This document shows positions 36,816 through 44,665 of a stretch of DNA of 44,665 nucleotides, piece by piece. The stretch is taken from the sequence record NZ_CP102715.1. One strand, written 5' to 3'. The stretch is from a plasmid. Position 1 is the first letter of the stretch, and each line of letters opens with the position of its first letter. The position numbers were made by a program, and so were the translations under genes. Below the pieces are notes generated by a model. The model made no database searches, had not been told where the DNA came from, and saw only the letters and a program-made list of their open reading frames with translations.

Positions 36816-38576
36816 TCAACTTTTTAATGACTTACGATCTGTCAACAAAGCAATCGGCGACAGAATCAATACAATCACCGCGCCTACTAAGTGGGTATGA
36901 CTGAAGGCCTGGCTGATTTGTTGATTCTTAGTATGCTTAATTTTTCTCAAAGCTGTCGTTAAAGCTTCTTTTTGTGCCAATTGTTTGAGACCTACTAACA
37001 ATTTTTTCTGACCTTGGCTTATTTTCTGAAGTTGCTGGTTACCCGCCTTTAAGTTGTCAGTAGCTAGTGCTAACTTCTTCTGGGCTTGGTAGACCTGGTA
37101 AAGATCGGTTCCCTTTTGGGGCTGTGGTAAATCAACTTGAGATTTGGCCGCTTGTTTAAGGGCACGTCTTAGGTTCGTCTGTTTGTTTTTAGTTATTAAT
37201 TTGGCTGATCCAGTAGTGGAAAATAGGCTGTTCAATTGTTGATGAGCCACTTTCTTTACTTTGGGTGATAATTGCTGTCGATCAACAATTTGAATGGCAT
37301 CTTGATGAATATGCTGCTTAGCTGTATTGACATTATTATCAAGGACTGTTACTAGAATTGCAATTCCTAAACAAGTGCCAATTTGACGCGCTGCGTTAAC
37401 AATTCCCGAACCAATCCCACTTTTATTTTTTGGCAAATGCTTAACCGAGGCCACTAACGAAACCGAAGAGAACCCAAAACCAACACCATGAATCACCAGG
37501 AAAGTAATGATAACAGCTTTAGGCGTTGTGGTGGTGATAAACGACAAGAGGAGTAAACTAGCTGCCATGACTAAGAGGCCAATCAAAGTAACCAGAACTG
37601 CGCCAACTTGATCAAATAACTTAGTTCCCAAAGGCATCGCTACCATGATTGTTAAGGAAACTGGAACAATAATTAGGGCCGCATGTAACGCTGTATCGTT
37701 CAGAACGTCTTGTAAAAAATAATTTAAAATCAGGGTGGGACTAACTAACGCAAAGCCAGTTAAAAAGTAAACTAAACTAGAAGCAGTTAAGGTTTTTTCA
37801 CGGAACAAATCTAATTCAAGTAGTGGGTGTTTGACTTTGCTTTCGATAAAGATGAACAATCCAATAACTAATACGCCGCCAATGAGGGTTCCTAAGATGA
37901 TGCCCGATTGCCAACCATATTGGCGGCCTTCTAGTAGGCCAAAGGTTAAACCACCCAAGCCTAGTGTTAAAAGAATCGTTCCTGGTAAATCAATTCTCCC
38001 CGCCAAAGATTCGTCATATGATTCCCTCACCCCCATAGCCATAATTAGAAAGGCTGCAATGGTTAAGGGGACATTAATGCCGAATACCCAGCGCCAGGAA
38101 GCATATTTAATAATCACGCCACCAATCGGTGGCCCCCCGGCAGCGGCTAAAGCCGTTACCGCGCCCACAACGCTAGCAATTTTGGACATATGCGCTTTGC
38201 CAAATATTTCAATTCCCATTGGTAAGACAATCGGGGTGATAATGGCACCGCCTAATCCTTGAAAAAATCGAAAAGCAATCAATTCTGGTAACGACGTTGC
38301 CAGCATACAAGCCGCTGAAAAGCCGCCAAATAAGGCTAATCCTAATAACATAATTTTTTTACGACCATAACGATCAGCAATCTTTGAACCCGTGATCATA
38401 AACACGGCTAAGGCTAACGTATAGATGGTGGCAACCCAACTCGTATCAGTTAGACTAGCATCGAAATGGGTCATAATTTGGGGTAAAGCAATGTTGACGA
38501 TGGTACTGTCTAAGGTACCCATAAACATCGCAATGGTTAACCCGATGAAACTGATAATTTTAGTAGCTTTTGACAT
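36816..38576 (-). CDS. MFS transporter, DHA2/EmrB-QacA family, with ~150-aa hydrophilic insertion/extension
   Basis: N-terminal MFMGTLDSTIVNIALPQI. 14 TM. Long coiled-coil-like hydrophilic segment before the last TM. Confidence 0.8.
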   Translation of the reverse strand: MSKATKIISFIGLTIAMFMGTLDSTIVNIALPQIMTHFDASLTDTSWVATIYTLALAVFMITGSKIADRYGRKKIMLLGLALFGGFSAACMLATSLPELIAFRFFQGLGGAIITPIVLPMGIEIFGKAHMSKIASVVGAVTALAAAGGPPIGGVIIKYASWRWVFGINVPLTIAAFLIMAMGVRESYDESLAGRIDLPGTILLTLGLGGLTFGLLEGRQYGWQSGIILGTLIGGVLVIGLFIFIESKVKHPLLELDLFREKTLTASSLVYFLTGFALVSPTLILNYFLQDVLNDTALHAALIIVPVSLTIMVAMPLGTKLFDQVGAVLVTLIGLLVMAASLLLLSFITTTTPKAVIITFLVIHGVGFGFSSVSLVASVKHLPKNKSGIGSGIVNAARQIGTCLGIAILVTVLDNNVNTAKQHIHQDAIQIVDRQQLSPKVKKVAHQQLNSLFSTTGSAKLITKNKQTNLRRALKQAAKSQVDLPQPQKGTDLYQVYQAQKKLALATDNLKAGNQQLQKISQGQKKLLVGLKQLAQKEALTTALRKIKHTKNQQISQAFSHTHLVGAVIVLILSPIALLTDRKSLKS

Positions 38577-38589
38577 CTATCAAGCGCTC

Positions 38590-38740
38590 CTTTCGGTAAC
38601 AGATGAATATAAAGGAAACATTTGTTACCTTTATTTGCAGTCTTTAGTATAATTAGCCCTAAGCATTAAAACAATCCTTATTGGCTAAGTGCTACAGATT
38701 GCTATAATTTGTTACCGATAGTAGAGGAGATGTTAATAAA
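38590..38740. promoter_or_regulatory. Divergent promoter/operator region between MFS and tetR, with TTTGTTACC repeats
   Basis: Palindrome GGTAACAGATG..CATTTGTTACC and a third copy AATTTGTTACCG. TATAAT-like boxes on both strands. Confidence 0.35.
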
Positions 38741-39325
38741 ATGAACGGCAAGCAGCGTATGGTTGAACAGTCTAAGCAATGGTTATGTGACGCCCTTATA
38801 AATTTAATGACGAAAGAGAACTTTCAGGATATTTCGATTACTGAAATTGCCCAAACCGCTGAATTATCGCGAAAAACATTCTATCATTCTTTTAAAAATA
38901 AAGAAGCGGTCATTAATTACCTGTGTGATCAGTTGTTCGATCAGTACTTTGAACAATTACTCCAGCAGAAACCGCAGGTAGGGGAACCGATGTTAAAAAC
39001 TACTTTTGATATTTTTTTTAATTTTTGGTGGCGAAAACGGGATTTAATTCAATTATTGATCCGCCAAGGCTTATTTGATCACGTGAATGAAATTTGGCAG
39101 CAAAAAGCAATCCCTCGTTATCAACAATTTGCAGCTCCCTGGCATGTTCATGGTACTCCTACCCAAGTGAATTATGTGATGGCTTTGCAAATAGGTGGTT
39201 TAACTAATATTCTACGTGTCTGGTTAGGACAAGATCAGCCTGAGCCACCAGAACAAATTAAGGATCTAATGTTGTTGGCTGCTCAGCAATTAGCCGATAG
39301 TTTAAATACAAATCAGATTAGTTAG
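38741..39325 (+). CDS. TetR/AcrR-family transcriptional repressor
   Basis: N-terminal HTH FQDISITEIAQTAELSRKTFYHSFKNKE. Divergent from the efflux gene. Confidence 0.8.
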   Translation: MNGKQRMVEQSKQWLCDALINLMTKENFQDISITEIAQTAELSRKTFYHSFKNKEAVINYLCDQLFDQYFEQLLQQKPQVGEPMLKTTFDIFFNFWWRKRDLIQLLIRQGLFDHVNEIWQQKAIPRYQQFAAPWHVHGTPTQVNYVMALQIGGLTNILRVWLGQDQPEPPEQIKDLMLLAAQQLADSLNTNQIS

Positions 39326-39714
39326 ACAGAAACAATCAGGATTTAACTAAGATTATGAACACCATTCAAAATAAGGGTGCCACCCTAGATGTGTTGAATT
39401 TACCGTCCATGACAGGGATTGCTGACCCTAACTTGCGTCAACTGATGACCAACTTGATTATTGAACTCTATAAGTATCAGGCCGAAAGTGAACGTAAGCG
39501 AATTATTGAGCGCCAGCAGCAAGGGATTGCCTTAGCTAAGCGACAGGGTAAATATCATGGACGCAAACCCCAATACACCCAAGACGATCCCCACTTGCAA
39601 CATGCTTTTAAGCTCTATCAAGGTGGTATGAGTGATGTCGATGTTGCCCGTAATACCGGCATTAAACGGACGACCTTTATCAGGTATCGCAAAAAGTTTA
39701 ATATAAAAAGATGA
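39325..39714 (+). pseudogene. Resolvase gene lacking the 5' catalytic region
   Basis: Homology to 32007-32612 begins mid-gene (..RNNQDLTKIMNTIQNKGATLDVLNL..) with no catalytic Ser region. Ends QGGMSDVDVARNTGIKRTTFIRYRKKFNIKR*. Confidence 0.65.
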
Positions 39715-39789
39715 GACTTATATGTCAGTGACGTGTACCCCCAAAATTAAAAACCGTTTTTTATAAGCAGCAAAACTATTTTGAGAAAA

Positions 39790-39889
39790 TGATGGGAATC
39801 ATGTTAGAGTGGTATCATTTATTAATTGGAATGCAAACAACTGTGCTTCTTACCATAGTTTTTTAGGAATAGCGGTTTTACTAATTGAT
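39790..39889. repeat. ~100-bp direct repeat (copy 2)
   Basis: See 36631-36730. Confidence 0.8.
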
Positions 39890-40033
39890 GACTTAATTCG
39901 AAGTAAGGACCTGCCGATAAATCAACATCCTACTATTTCATTTGGTGTTAATTTCTTTCTCTCGAATATAACCTATGCGTCAATTATAAAGTCTGGTCTA
40001 CTGCAACGAGCTTTCTTGGCCCCTAAATCTAAA

Positions 40034-40083
40034 GAGAGCGTGTATTGAAATCCAAGGATTTCGATACACGCTCTCGCTTTTTA
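40034..40083 (+). terminator. Rho-independent terminator (near-perfect 20-bp stem)
   Basis: GAGAGCGTGTATTGAAATCC aa GGATTTCGATACACGCTCTC followed by GCTTTTTA. Confidence 0.6.
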
Positions 40084-40307
40084 CTACGTCTCCTTCTAGC
40101 AGAGATTAGAAATGAAAACAAAAATCCACCCGGCGCGACGAAGACGGCGGGTGAAAGTGGAAGGCCGGATTGGGCCTATCCCAGGGAAAGCAAGGCTTTG
40201 TAAAGGTCGTTGACCTTCGTGGGCATGTAGTCGTTCATCATCATGATCTGGTGGACGTCCCCTGGGAGTAGGTAGAGCCAGTGGCGAAAATCATGGAAGC
40301 CCTCCTT

Positions 40308-40892
40308 TCATTCTTGCGTATCTTCGGAAAGCCGGAAGGTATCGACGAACTGCTTGTATTCCGAGCTGGAAGTTCCAAAGGATTCGAGGCCATAGAGGCC
40401 AGCGGACGAGTAAACGACCTCTCGACGCATGATCACCGAGGAGTCCTCGCTATCGTGACCGGTGTAGGAAATGGCCATATGCCCGTCCACGGTGGTGAAG
40501 GAATACTTGTCAATCTGCAGAAGACGAGCGACATTGGTCAAGACCTTACGTTTCTGCGCGTCATTGAACCCCTTGGAGTCCTCGACTTGCTTCCGAGTGA
40601 ATTTGGTGACGGACACAGCGTAGTTGATGTGATCCTTGTCATTGACCGTCGAATAGCGGGCATAAGCGCCGGTGGGATCCTTATAGGTGTCCTTCTCCGG
40701 AACGCCCGGGAAATAGACGGAATAGCCCAGATCCTTGGACGTGAACTTCTTCCAGCCCTGGGGGGCAGTGACGGAGGAAGTGGCTTTGTTCGCCGATGGG
40801 GCAGTCGACTGGGAGGAACCGCAGGCGGCCAGACCTATCGTGAAAGCCATCGTTGCTATGACAGCGGAAATTCGCCTGAAAGACCTTTTCAT
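40308..40892 (-). CDS. Lipoprotein of G+C-rich (foreign) origin
   Basis: MKRSFRRISAVIATMAFTIGLAACGSSQS signal peptide plus lipobox. The surrounding ~800 bp is conspicuously GC-rich compared with the rest of the window. The track ORF (278 aa) is an in-frame fusion with the truncated yafQ remnant upstream. Confidence 0.55.
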   Translation of the reverse strand: MKRSFRRISAVIATMAFTIGLAACGSSQSTAPSANKATSSVTAPQGWKKFTSKDLGYSVYFPGVPEKDTYKDPTGAYARYSTVNDKDHINYAVSVTKFTRKQVEDSKGFNDAQKRKVLTNVARLLQIDKYSFTTVDGHMAISYTGHDSEDSSVIMRREVVYSSAGLYGLESFGTSSSEYKQFVDTFRLSEDTQE

Positions 40893-40939
40893 ATCAAACC
40901 TTTTTTTCTTTCTTGTCGTTTCTTGTTTTTCCATTGTAA

Positions 40940-41144
40940 CACCTTCTAAAGCATGCGGATAAAAATAATCTGGAATGGTTTTATCTTCAATTAAACACTG
41001 AATAATATATTTCCAAGGACTCCGCTTTTGATCATCAAACTCTTGAGGTAGTGAACTTTTAAATATTGAACGCCACTTGGGGTCTTGGCGCCGCTTTTTG
41101 AACTGTTTTTTAAAAGCTTTGGCATATTTAATTACTTTCGCCAT
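40940..41144 (-). pseudogene. yafQ: YafQ/RelE-family toxin gene, 3'-truncated by insertion
   Basis: MAKVIKYAKAFKKQFKKRRQDPKWRSIFKSSLPQEFDDQKRSPWKYIIQCLIEDKTIPDYFYPHALEG resembles YafQ up to about residue 68. It then runs into the junction and the GC-rich lipoprotein gene. Confidence 0.5.
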
Positions 41145-41438
41145 TTATTTTGAAGACTCCAATGCGTCATCAGAGCTAAGCAATTGATCTAATTCTTTAA
41201 GGTTACGGGCTTCGGGTAGCTTTTCTTTTCCAGATAGATCATCAACAACTTCTTGAATCGAATTTTTTAACTGCCGATTAGGGATTGAATAATATTTAGG
41301 TAAACCATCATGAGCAACTGTTGTTAATGTCATGCGCATAAAATCAGAAATTGTTAGACCATGATTAGCCAATACGTCTTTGGCTTTACTTTTAATAGTT
41401 CCGTCAATTCGAGCTTCAATTCTTGCCATTCTCATCAC
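41145..41438 (-). CDS. dinJ: DinJ/RelB-family antitoxin
   Basis: ARIEARIDGTIKSKAKDVLANHGLTISDFMRMTLTTVAHDGLP matches the DinJ signature. Its stop abuts the yafQ start (41144/41145). Confidence 0.75.
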   Translation of the reverse strand: MMRMARIEARIDGTIKSKAKDVLANHGLTISDFMRMTLTTVAHDGLPKYYSIPNRQLKNSIQEVVDDLSGKEKLPEARNLKELDQLLSSDDALESSK

Positions 41439-41449
41439 CTCAGTAATAT

Positions 41450-41476
41450 TGTACGTTATCTGGCGTACAAATCCAA
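41450..41476. promoter_or_regulatory. Palindromic operator TTGTACG-N8-CGTACAA upstream of dinJ
   Basis: Perfect 7-bp inverted repeat between the putative promoter and the dinJ start, as expected for DinJ-YafQ autoregulation. Confidence 0.35.
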
Positions 41477-41919
41477 CCGTATTTAACTAGGTTAAACTCC
41501 TTACAGAACGAGCAAAGATTCTTACATTAAAGACAACCATACAGTCAGAAAGCCGGGCGCAAGCTGCTTTTTAAGTATTTCTTATGATATACTTAAATTA
41601 AAAGTCGAGGTGGCCTTTATGTTTTTATTAAAACTACATGATTTAATCAAGCATAATTATGAAATTGGCTTGTATTCCAAAGATTACAGCTATAGGTCTA
41701 ATAATTCTAATAGCCTATCAGACTTTGATAAAGGAAAGTTTCAAGCTCAGACTGATTATCAAAGTGGAAAAGCGTTCAAACACTATCCTAAATTACTATT
41801 TGAATTTTTAAATTTTGTTTTTTTACGAAAGATGCAGGAAATCGTAAATTTCATAAATGGATATAACTATGAAATGAGAAGACTGCAAAAAATGGATAAA
41901 AATTAGATTAGCTAATTAT

Positions 41920-42090
41920 TGTTGTCGGCCTTTGAACCACTGGTCGCCACAACCTTAGCGGTGGCTTTCTTGGGGGCCAAGTTGACGGCGGCGAGCGTCT
42001 TGGGTTCATTACTGATCATCCTGTGCACCCTGATTCAGTCGCTGTCACTCAAACGAATCTTGGATCTTTTGCACCTTGCCAAGCACTAAC
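41920..42090 (+). pseudogene. G+C-rich 3' remnant of a membrane-protein gene
   Basis: Reads ..LLSAFEPLVATTLAVAFLGAKLTAASVLGSLLIILCTLIQSLSLKRILDLLHLAKH* with no start or upstream gene body. GC-rich, unlike the flank. Confidence 0.3.
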
Positions 42091-42162
42091 CATAACCTTT
42101 GATAATGAAAGTTGCCCTTACATTAGTCCATTTAAGTAGTGATCGATAAGGAGAGATGCCCA

Positions 42163-42525
42163 ATGTACAACCAAATTACCATTACGCCAACCGAACTGGT
42201 CGTTTCCCCGGCCGGCTTCGACCGCCTCTGGGCGCTGAAGGGAGCCATTCGGGTGCCTTGGAGGCACGTGACCGGTATCTTTCGTGATCAGGGGGCCTTT
42301 GAGGAGGACAAAGGTTTGCGCTTGCCCGGAACCGCAATTCCTGGTTTATACTACGCCGGTAGCTTTTTTTTTGGCGGTCAACGCCGCTTCTATAACGTGC
42401 GCCGTAATACCCCGATCGTTGTTATAACGCTGATAAACGAAGGCTACGACCGGCTTATTTTGAGTGTTGAAAACCCCGCCACCGTTATCGAACGGGTGAC
42501 AGGTCACCTGTTAAACAAGGCGTAA
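42163..42525 (+). CDS. Bacterial PH-domain (bPH_2/YdbS-like) protein, G+C-rich
   Basis: ATG 42163 with AAGGAGAG RBS. ..GAFEEDKGLRLPGTAIPGLYYAGSFFFGGQRRFYNV.. resembles the bPH_2 fold family. GC-rich. Confidence 0.4.
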   Translation: MYNQITITPTELVVSPAGFDRLWALKGAIRVPWRHVTGIFRDQGAFEEDKGLRLPGTAIPGLYYAGSFFFGGQRRFYNVRRNTPIVVITLINEGYDRLILSVENPATVIERVTGHLLNKA

Positions 42526-42807
42526 AATAAAATCAAAATTTTCGTTACTCAACCGACTTTTTACCCGGCAACGGCGCGAAAAGCCGGTTTTTGTGCGCTT
42601 ATAAATAAACGAATTTTCCATATTAAAAAATGATTTTAAGTATCCGTACAACACCCCCTAGGATTCACACTTTTATTATTTAAAGTGTCAACCCTAAGGG
42701 GTATTATACGTATTGATTAGCATGGCTTTTCTTCTGCCTGTTCTCAAAAAGCCCGCTACCTTCCCCACGAGTGAAGTGCAACAAAAAAGTTAGACAAAAT
42801 TGATTAT

Positions 42808-43548
42808 TTAAGCTACCAAGGTATGATTTCGGTATTCAACCGGAGTCATACCTTTTGTTTTTAAGGAGATACGTTGGTAATTAAAGTAATGAATGTATTG
42901 AGCTGAGAGTGATTTTAATTCAGCTAAGTCTTTACATGGTGGGAAACCATCTAATAACTCTGTCTTAAACAGGTGAAAGAAACTCTCCATTGGTGCGTTA
43001 TCATGACAATTTCCCTTACGGGACATACTTTGAATAAAGTGATTATCAGCTAACTTTTGGGTATAGTACCCCAGTTGATAGTGCCACCCCTGATCAGAAT
43101 GAATAATTGGTTGAGCATTATCAGGTAGCTTTGTACATAGCTCGTTGAGAGTAGCGGTAATCAACTGTCGATCAGGATGTTGACTCAATTGGAAGGCTAA
43201 AACTTCCTTACTGGCTTCATCGATAATTGAGGAAATATAAGCCCAACTGTGATTAGCTAAGCGAACTTGAGAAACATCTGTGTGGAGGACTTGATAAGGA
43301 ATGGTGGCCTGAAATTGTTGTTTTAGTAGATTATCCGCAACTGTGCCCACATTACCTTCATAAGATGAGTATTTACCACTACGGTGGCGATTATACAGTG
43401 CCACTTGAACATCTAATTTCGCCATCAACTTGTTCACCGTCATGTCCGCCAAATGAATGCCCATTGCCCGCAGTTTTTGGTTCACGCGACGATAACCGTA
43501 GGTCCATCGTCCGCGGACTTGCCCTTCTTTAGCCACGCTAAGAATCAC
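42808..43548 (-). CDS. IS3-family transposase OrfB (DDE integrase core). The frame stays open upstream to ~43755, consistent with OrfAB fusion by -1 frameshift.
   Basis: ..HTDVSQV..HSDQGWHYQ..NCHDNAPMESFF.. DDE motifs. Upstream in-frame sequence (..KKIVGPVRTLQGKEKTQIVDQIR..) joins orfA at the A AAA AAA heptamer (~43749-43757). Confidence 0.8.
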   Translation of the reverse strand: MILSVAKEGQVRGRWTYGYRRVNQKLRAMGIHLADMTVNKLMAKLDVQVALYNRHRSGKYSSYEGNVGTVADNLLKQQFQATIPYQVLHTDVSQVRLANHSWAYISSIIDEASKEVLAFQLSQHPDRQLITATLNELCTKLPDNAQPIIHSDQGWHYQLGYYTQKLADNHFIQSMSRKGNCHDNAPMESFFHLFKTELLDGFPPCKDLAELKSLSAQYIHYFNYQRISLKTKGMTPVEYRNHTLVA

Positions 43549-43703
43549 TTGCTTAACACTCGCATATTTATCATGATGGTTAGCGATGCGCTTGCGCTCA
43601 TCATGGTAAGTAGCCTTAGGAAGGTTGATTTTATGGAGAATGTCACCAATCTTATAGCGATATTTCTTCGGTAGCGATGCTTGATCTGCCCTGATCTGAT
43701 CAA

Positions 43704-44276
43704 CTATTTGCGTTTTCTCTTTGCCTTGGAGGGTCCGAACAGGGCCAACGATTTTTTTAAGATGTCACGTTCCAATTTTGTGTCATAGAGTTCTTGGCTT
43801 TTCTTGGCAAGTTCTTCTTTTAAACGTTCCACTTCAGTCTTATTAGTAAGACGACGAAGTCGTTTCTTAGTATGTTTCACCTTTGACGGCCTACCTTTCG
43901 GGTGAGGTTTCAAGGCTTCAATACCATCTCGCTTGAACTGTGACCGCCAAAGTGAAATTTGGCACACTTGCACGTCAAATCGAGCCGCTACTTTAACCAT
44001 CGATTCCTCATGAGTTTGGTAGTAGTCTATCACACTCAACTTAAAATCTGCGGTAAGGGTTCGTGGATGACGACGCCGTTTCAAGGCGTCTATCCCACTT
44101 AAGCGATATCTTTGAATCCATTTCCTGATCAGTCGGCTACTGATACTGTATTTGCGCCCCAAGGCTCGAGAACTTTGTGGAGTAGTCAGATATTCGTGGA
44201 CAATTTTAGCTTTAAAGTCAGGTTTGTATTTAGTCATAAAAAGTGCCTCACAATCGTTAGAACTTTTGTCTAACAA
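43704..44276 (-). CDS. IS3-family transposase OrfA (HTH plus leucine zipper)
   Basis: MTKYKPDFKAKIVHEYLTTPQSSRALGRKYSISSRLIRKWIQRYR.. Typical IS3/IS150 OrfA. Confidence 0.8.
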   Translation of the reverse strand: MLDKSSNDCEALFMTKYKPDFKAKIVHEYLTTPQSSRALGRKYSISSRLIRKWIQRYRLSGIDALKRRRHPRTLTADFKLSVIDYYQTHEESMVKVAARFDVQVCQISLWRSQFKRDGIEALKPHPKGRPSKVKHTKKRLRRLTNKTEVERLKEELAKKSQELYDTKLERDILKKSLALFGPSKAKRKRK

Positions 44277-44374
44277 TTATGAGGCACTTCAAGGTAACGG
44301 GCCTTTTGATATTATGCAATAGTAACTTTAGTCCTGTTGCTAACAGTATTACATCACGTGAACCATATAATTTC

Positions 44375-44665
44375 CTATCCAAATAGTCCAGCTTTCTTCC
44401 AGCCACATTGTTTCAAATAATCTCGAATCGACTTTTTAATGATTGAAGTATCTAACTTAGATTCAACAATTCCAACTTTACCGCTCTTCTTGTCCTGTCC
44501 AATACCAAAAGAAATACTTTTCTGATAGGTCTTTCCCTTAGAAAAGGAGATGTCTTTACTGAAAGATAGTTTACCGTTATGCATCCTAATACTTGATGTC
44601 TTACTAGAAGTGCTATCAACTTCCTTCCATTTCCCGTTATCTTTCAAAGTGACTGTAAAAGTAAA
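44375..44665 (-). CDS. Hypothetical protein, C-terminal part. The 5' end lies beyond the window.
   Basis: Open to the window end on the minus strand (..TFTVTLKDNGKWKEVDSTSSK..GWKKAGLFG*). Confidence 0.35.
   Translation of the reverse strand, partial: FTFTVTLKDNGKWKEVDSTSSKTSSIRMHNGKLSFSKDISFSKGKTYQKSISFGIGQDKKSGKVGIVESKLDTSIIKKSIRDYLKQCGWKKAGLFG

Larger units (their letters stand above)
42772..44291 (-). mobile_element. IS3-family insertion sequence (IS150-like group), ~1.52 kb
   Basis: Imperfect terminal IRs TGAAGTGC..TTAGACAAAA at both ends (42772- and rc of -44291). orfA (HTH) and orfB (DDE) are present with an A6-7 slippery site. The termini are TG..CA. Confidence 0.8.

Noticed and set aside
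37831-38262. 143-aa plus-strand ORF
   Set aside because: Entirely antisense within the MFS transporter gene; Pro/Ala-rich mirror of TM-coding sequence.
40281-40949. 222-aa plus-strand ORF in the GC-rich block
   Set aside because: It is antisense to the lipoprotein gene, has no RBS, and has a Gly/Arg-rich low-complexity translation typical of spurious ORFs in GC-rich DNA.

Overview
The window reads as a low-GC (Lactobacillaceae-type) conjugative theta-plasmid backbone followed by a mosaic accessory region. The backbone runs in this order: a ParA plus small RHH partition pair; a RepA_N-family replication initiator with in-frame 54-bp tandem repeats, which is probably the internal origin; an omega/epsilon/zeta-like three-gene TA module; a MOBQ relaxase (MobA/MobL family) with an RSF1010/pIP501-like oriT nick core just upstream; a complete pSK41/pMRC01/pIP501-type Gram-positive T4SS; and an ArdC-like protein. 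The T4SS comprises VirB3-like, VirB4 (encoded as two ORFs), a TrsG lytic transglycosylase with CHAP domain, a thioredoxin-like CxxC protein, a VirD4 coupling protein (also split, with a small ORF between the halves), a lipoprotein, VirB6-like, and topoisomerase III. Downstream are: a 346-bp unit present twice (23323-23668 and 30943-31289), each encoding what looks like an Fst/par-like type I toxin-antitoxin locus (29-aa hydrophobic peptide convergent with a small structured RNA sharing a bidirectional terminator); a GR/LPD-family flavoprotein oxidoreductase; an orphan HNH-type polymorphic-toxin C-terminal domain with a SUKH (SMI1/KNR4) immunity gene; a G+C-rich pnuC; a 977-aa LPxTG adhesin with four 270-bp tandem CnaB-type repeats; an alpha/beta hydrolase; a serine resolvase plus three resolvase 3' fragments bracketing two MFS efflux modules (ArsR-like/Tag and TetR-regulated); a DinJ-YafQ TA whose toxin gene is truncated by a G+C-rich foreign segment carrying a lipoprotein gene; and an IS3-family element (orfA/orfB with an A6-7 slippery site, TG..CA imperfect IRs). 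I found no rRNA, tRNA or CRISPR.
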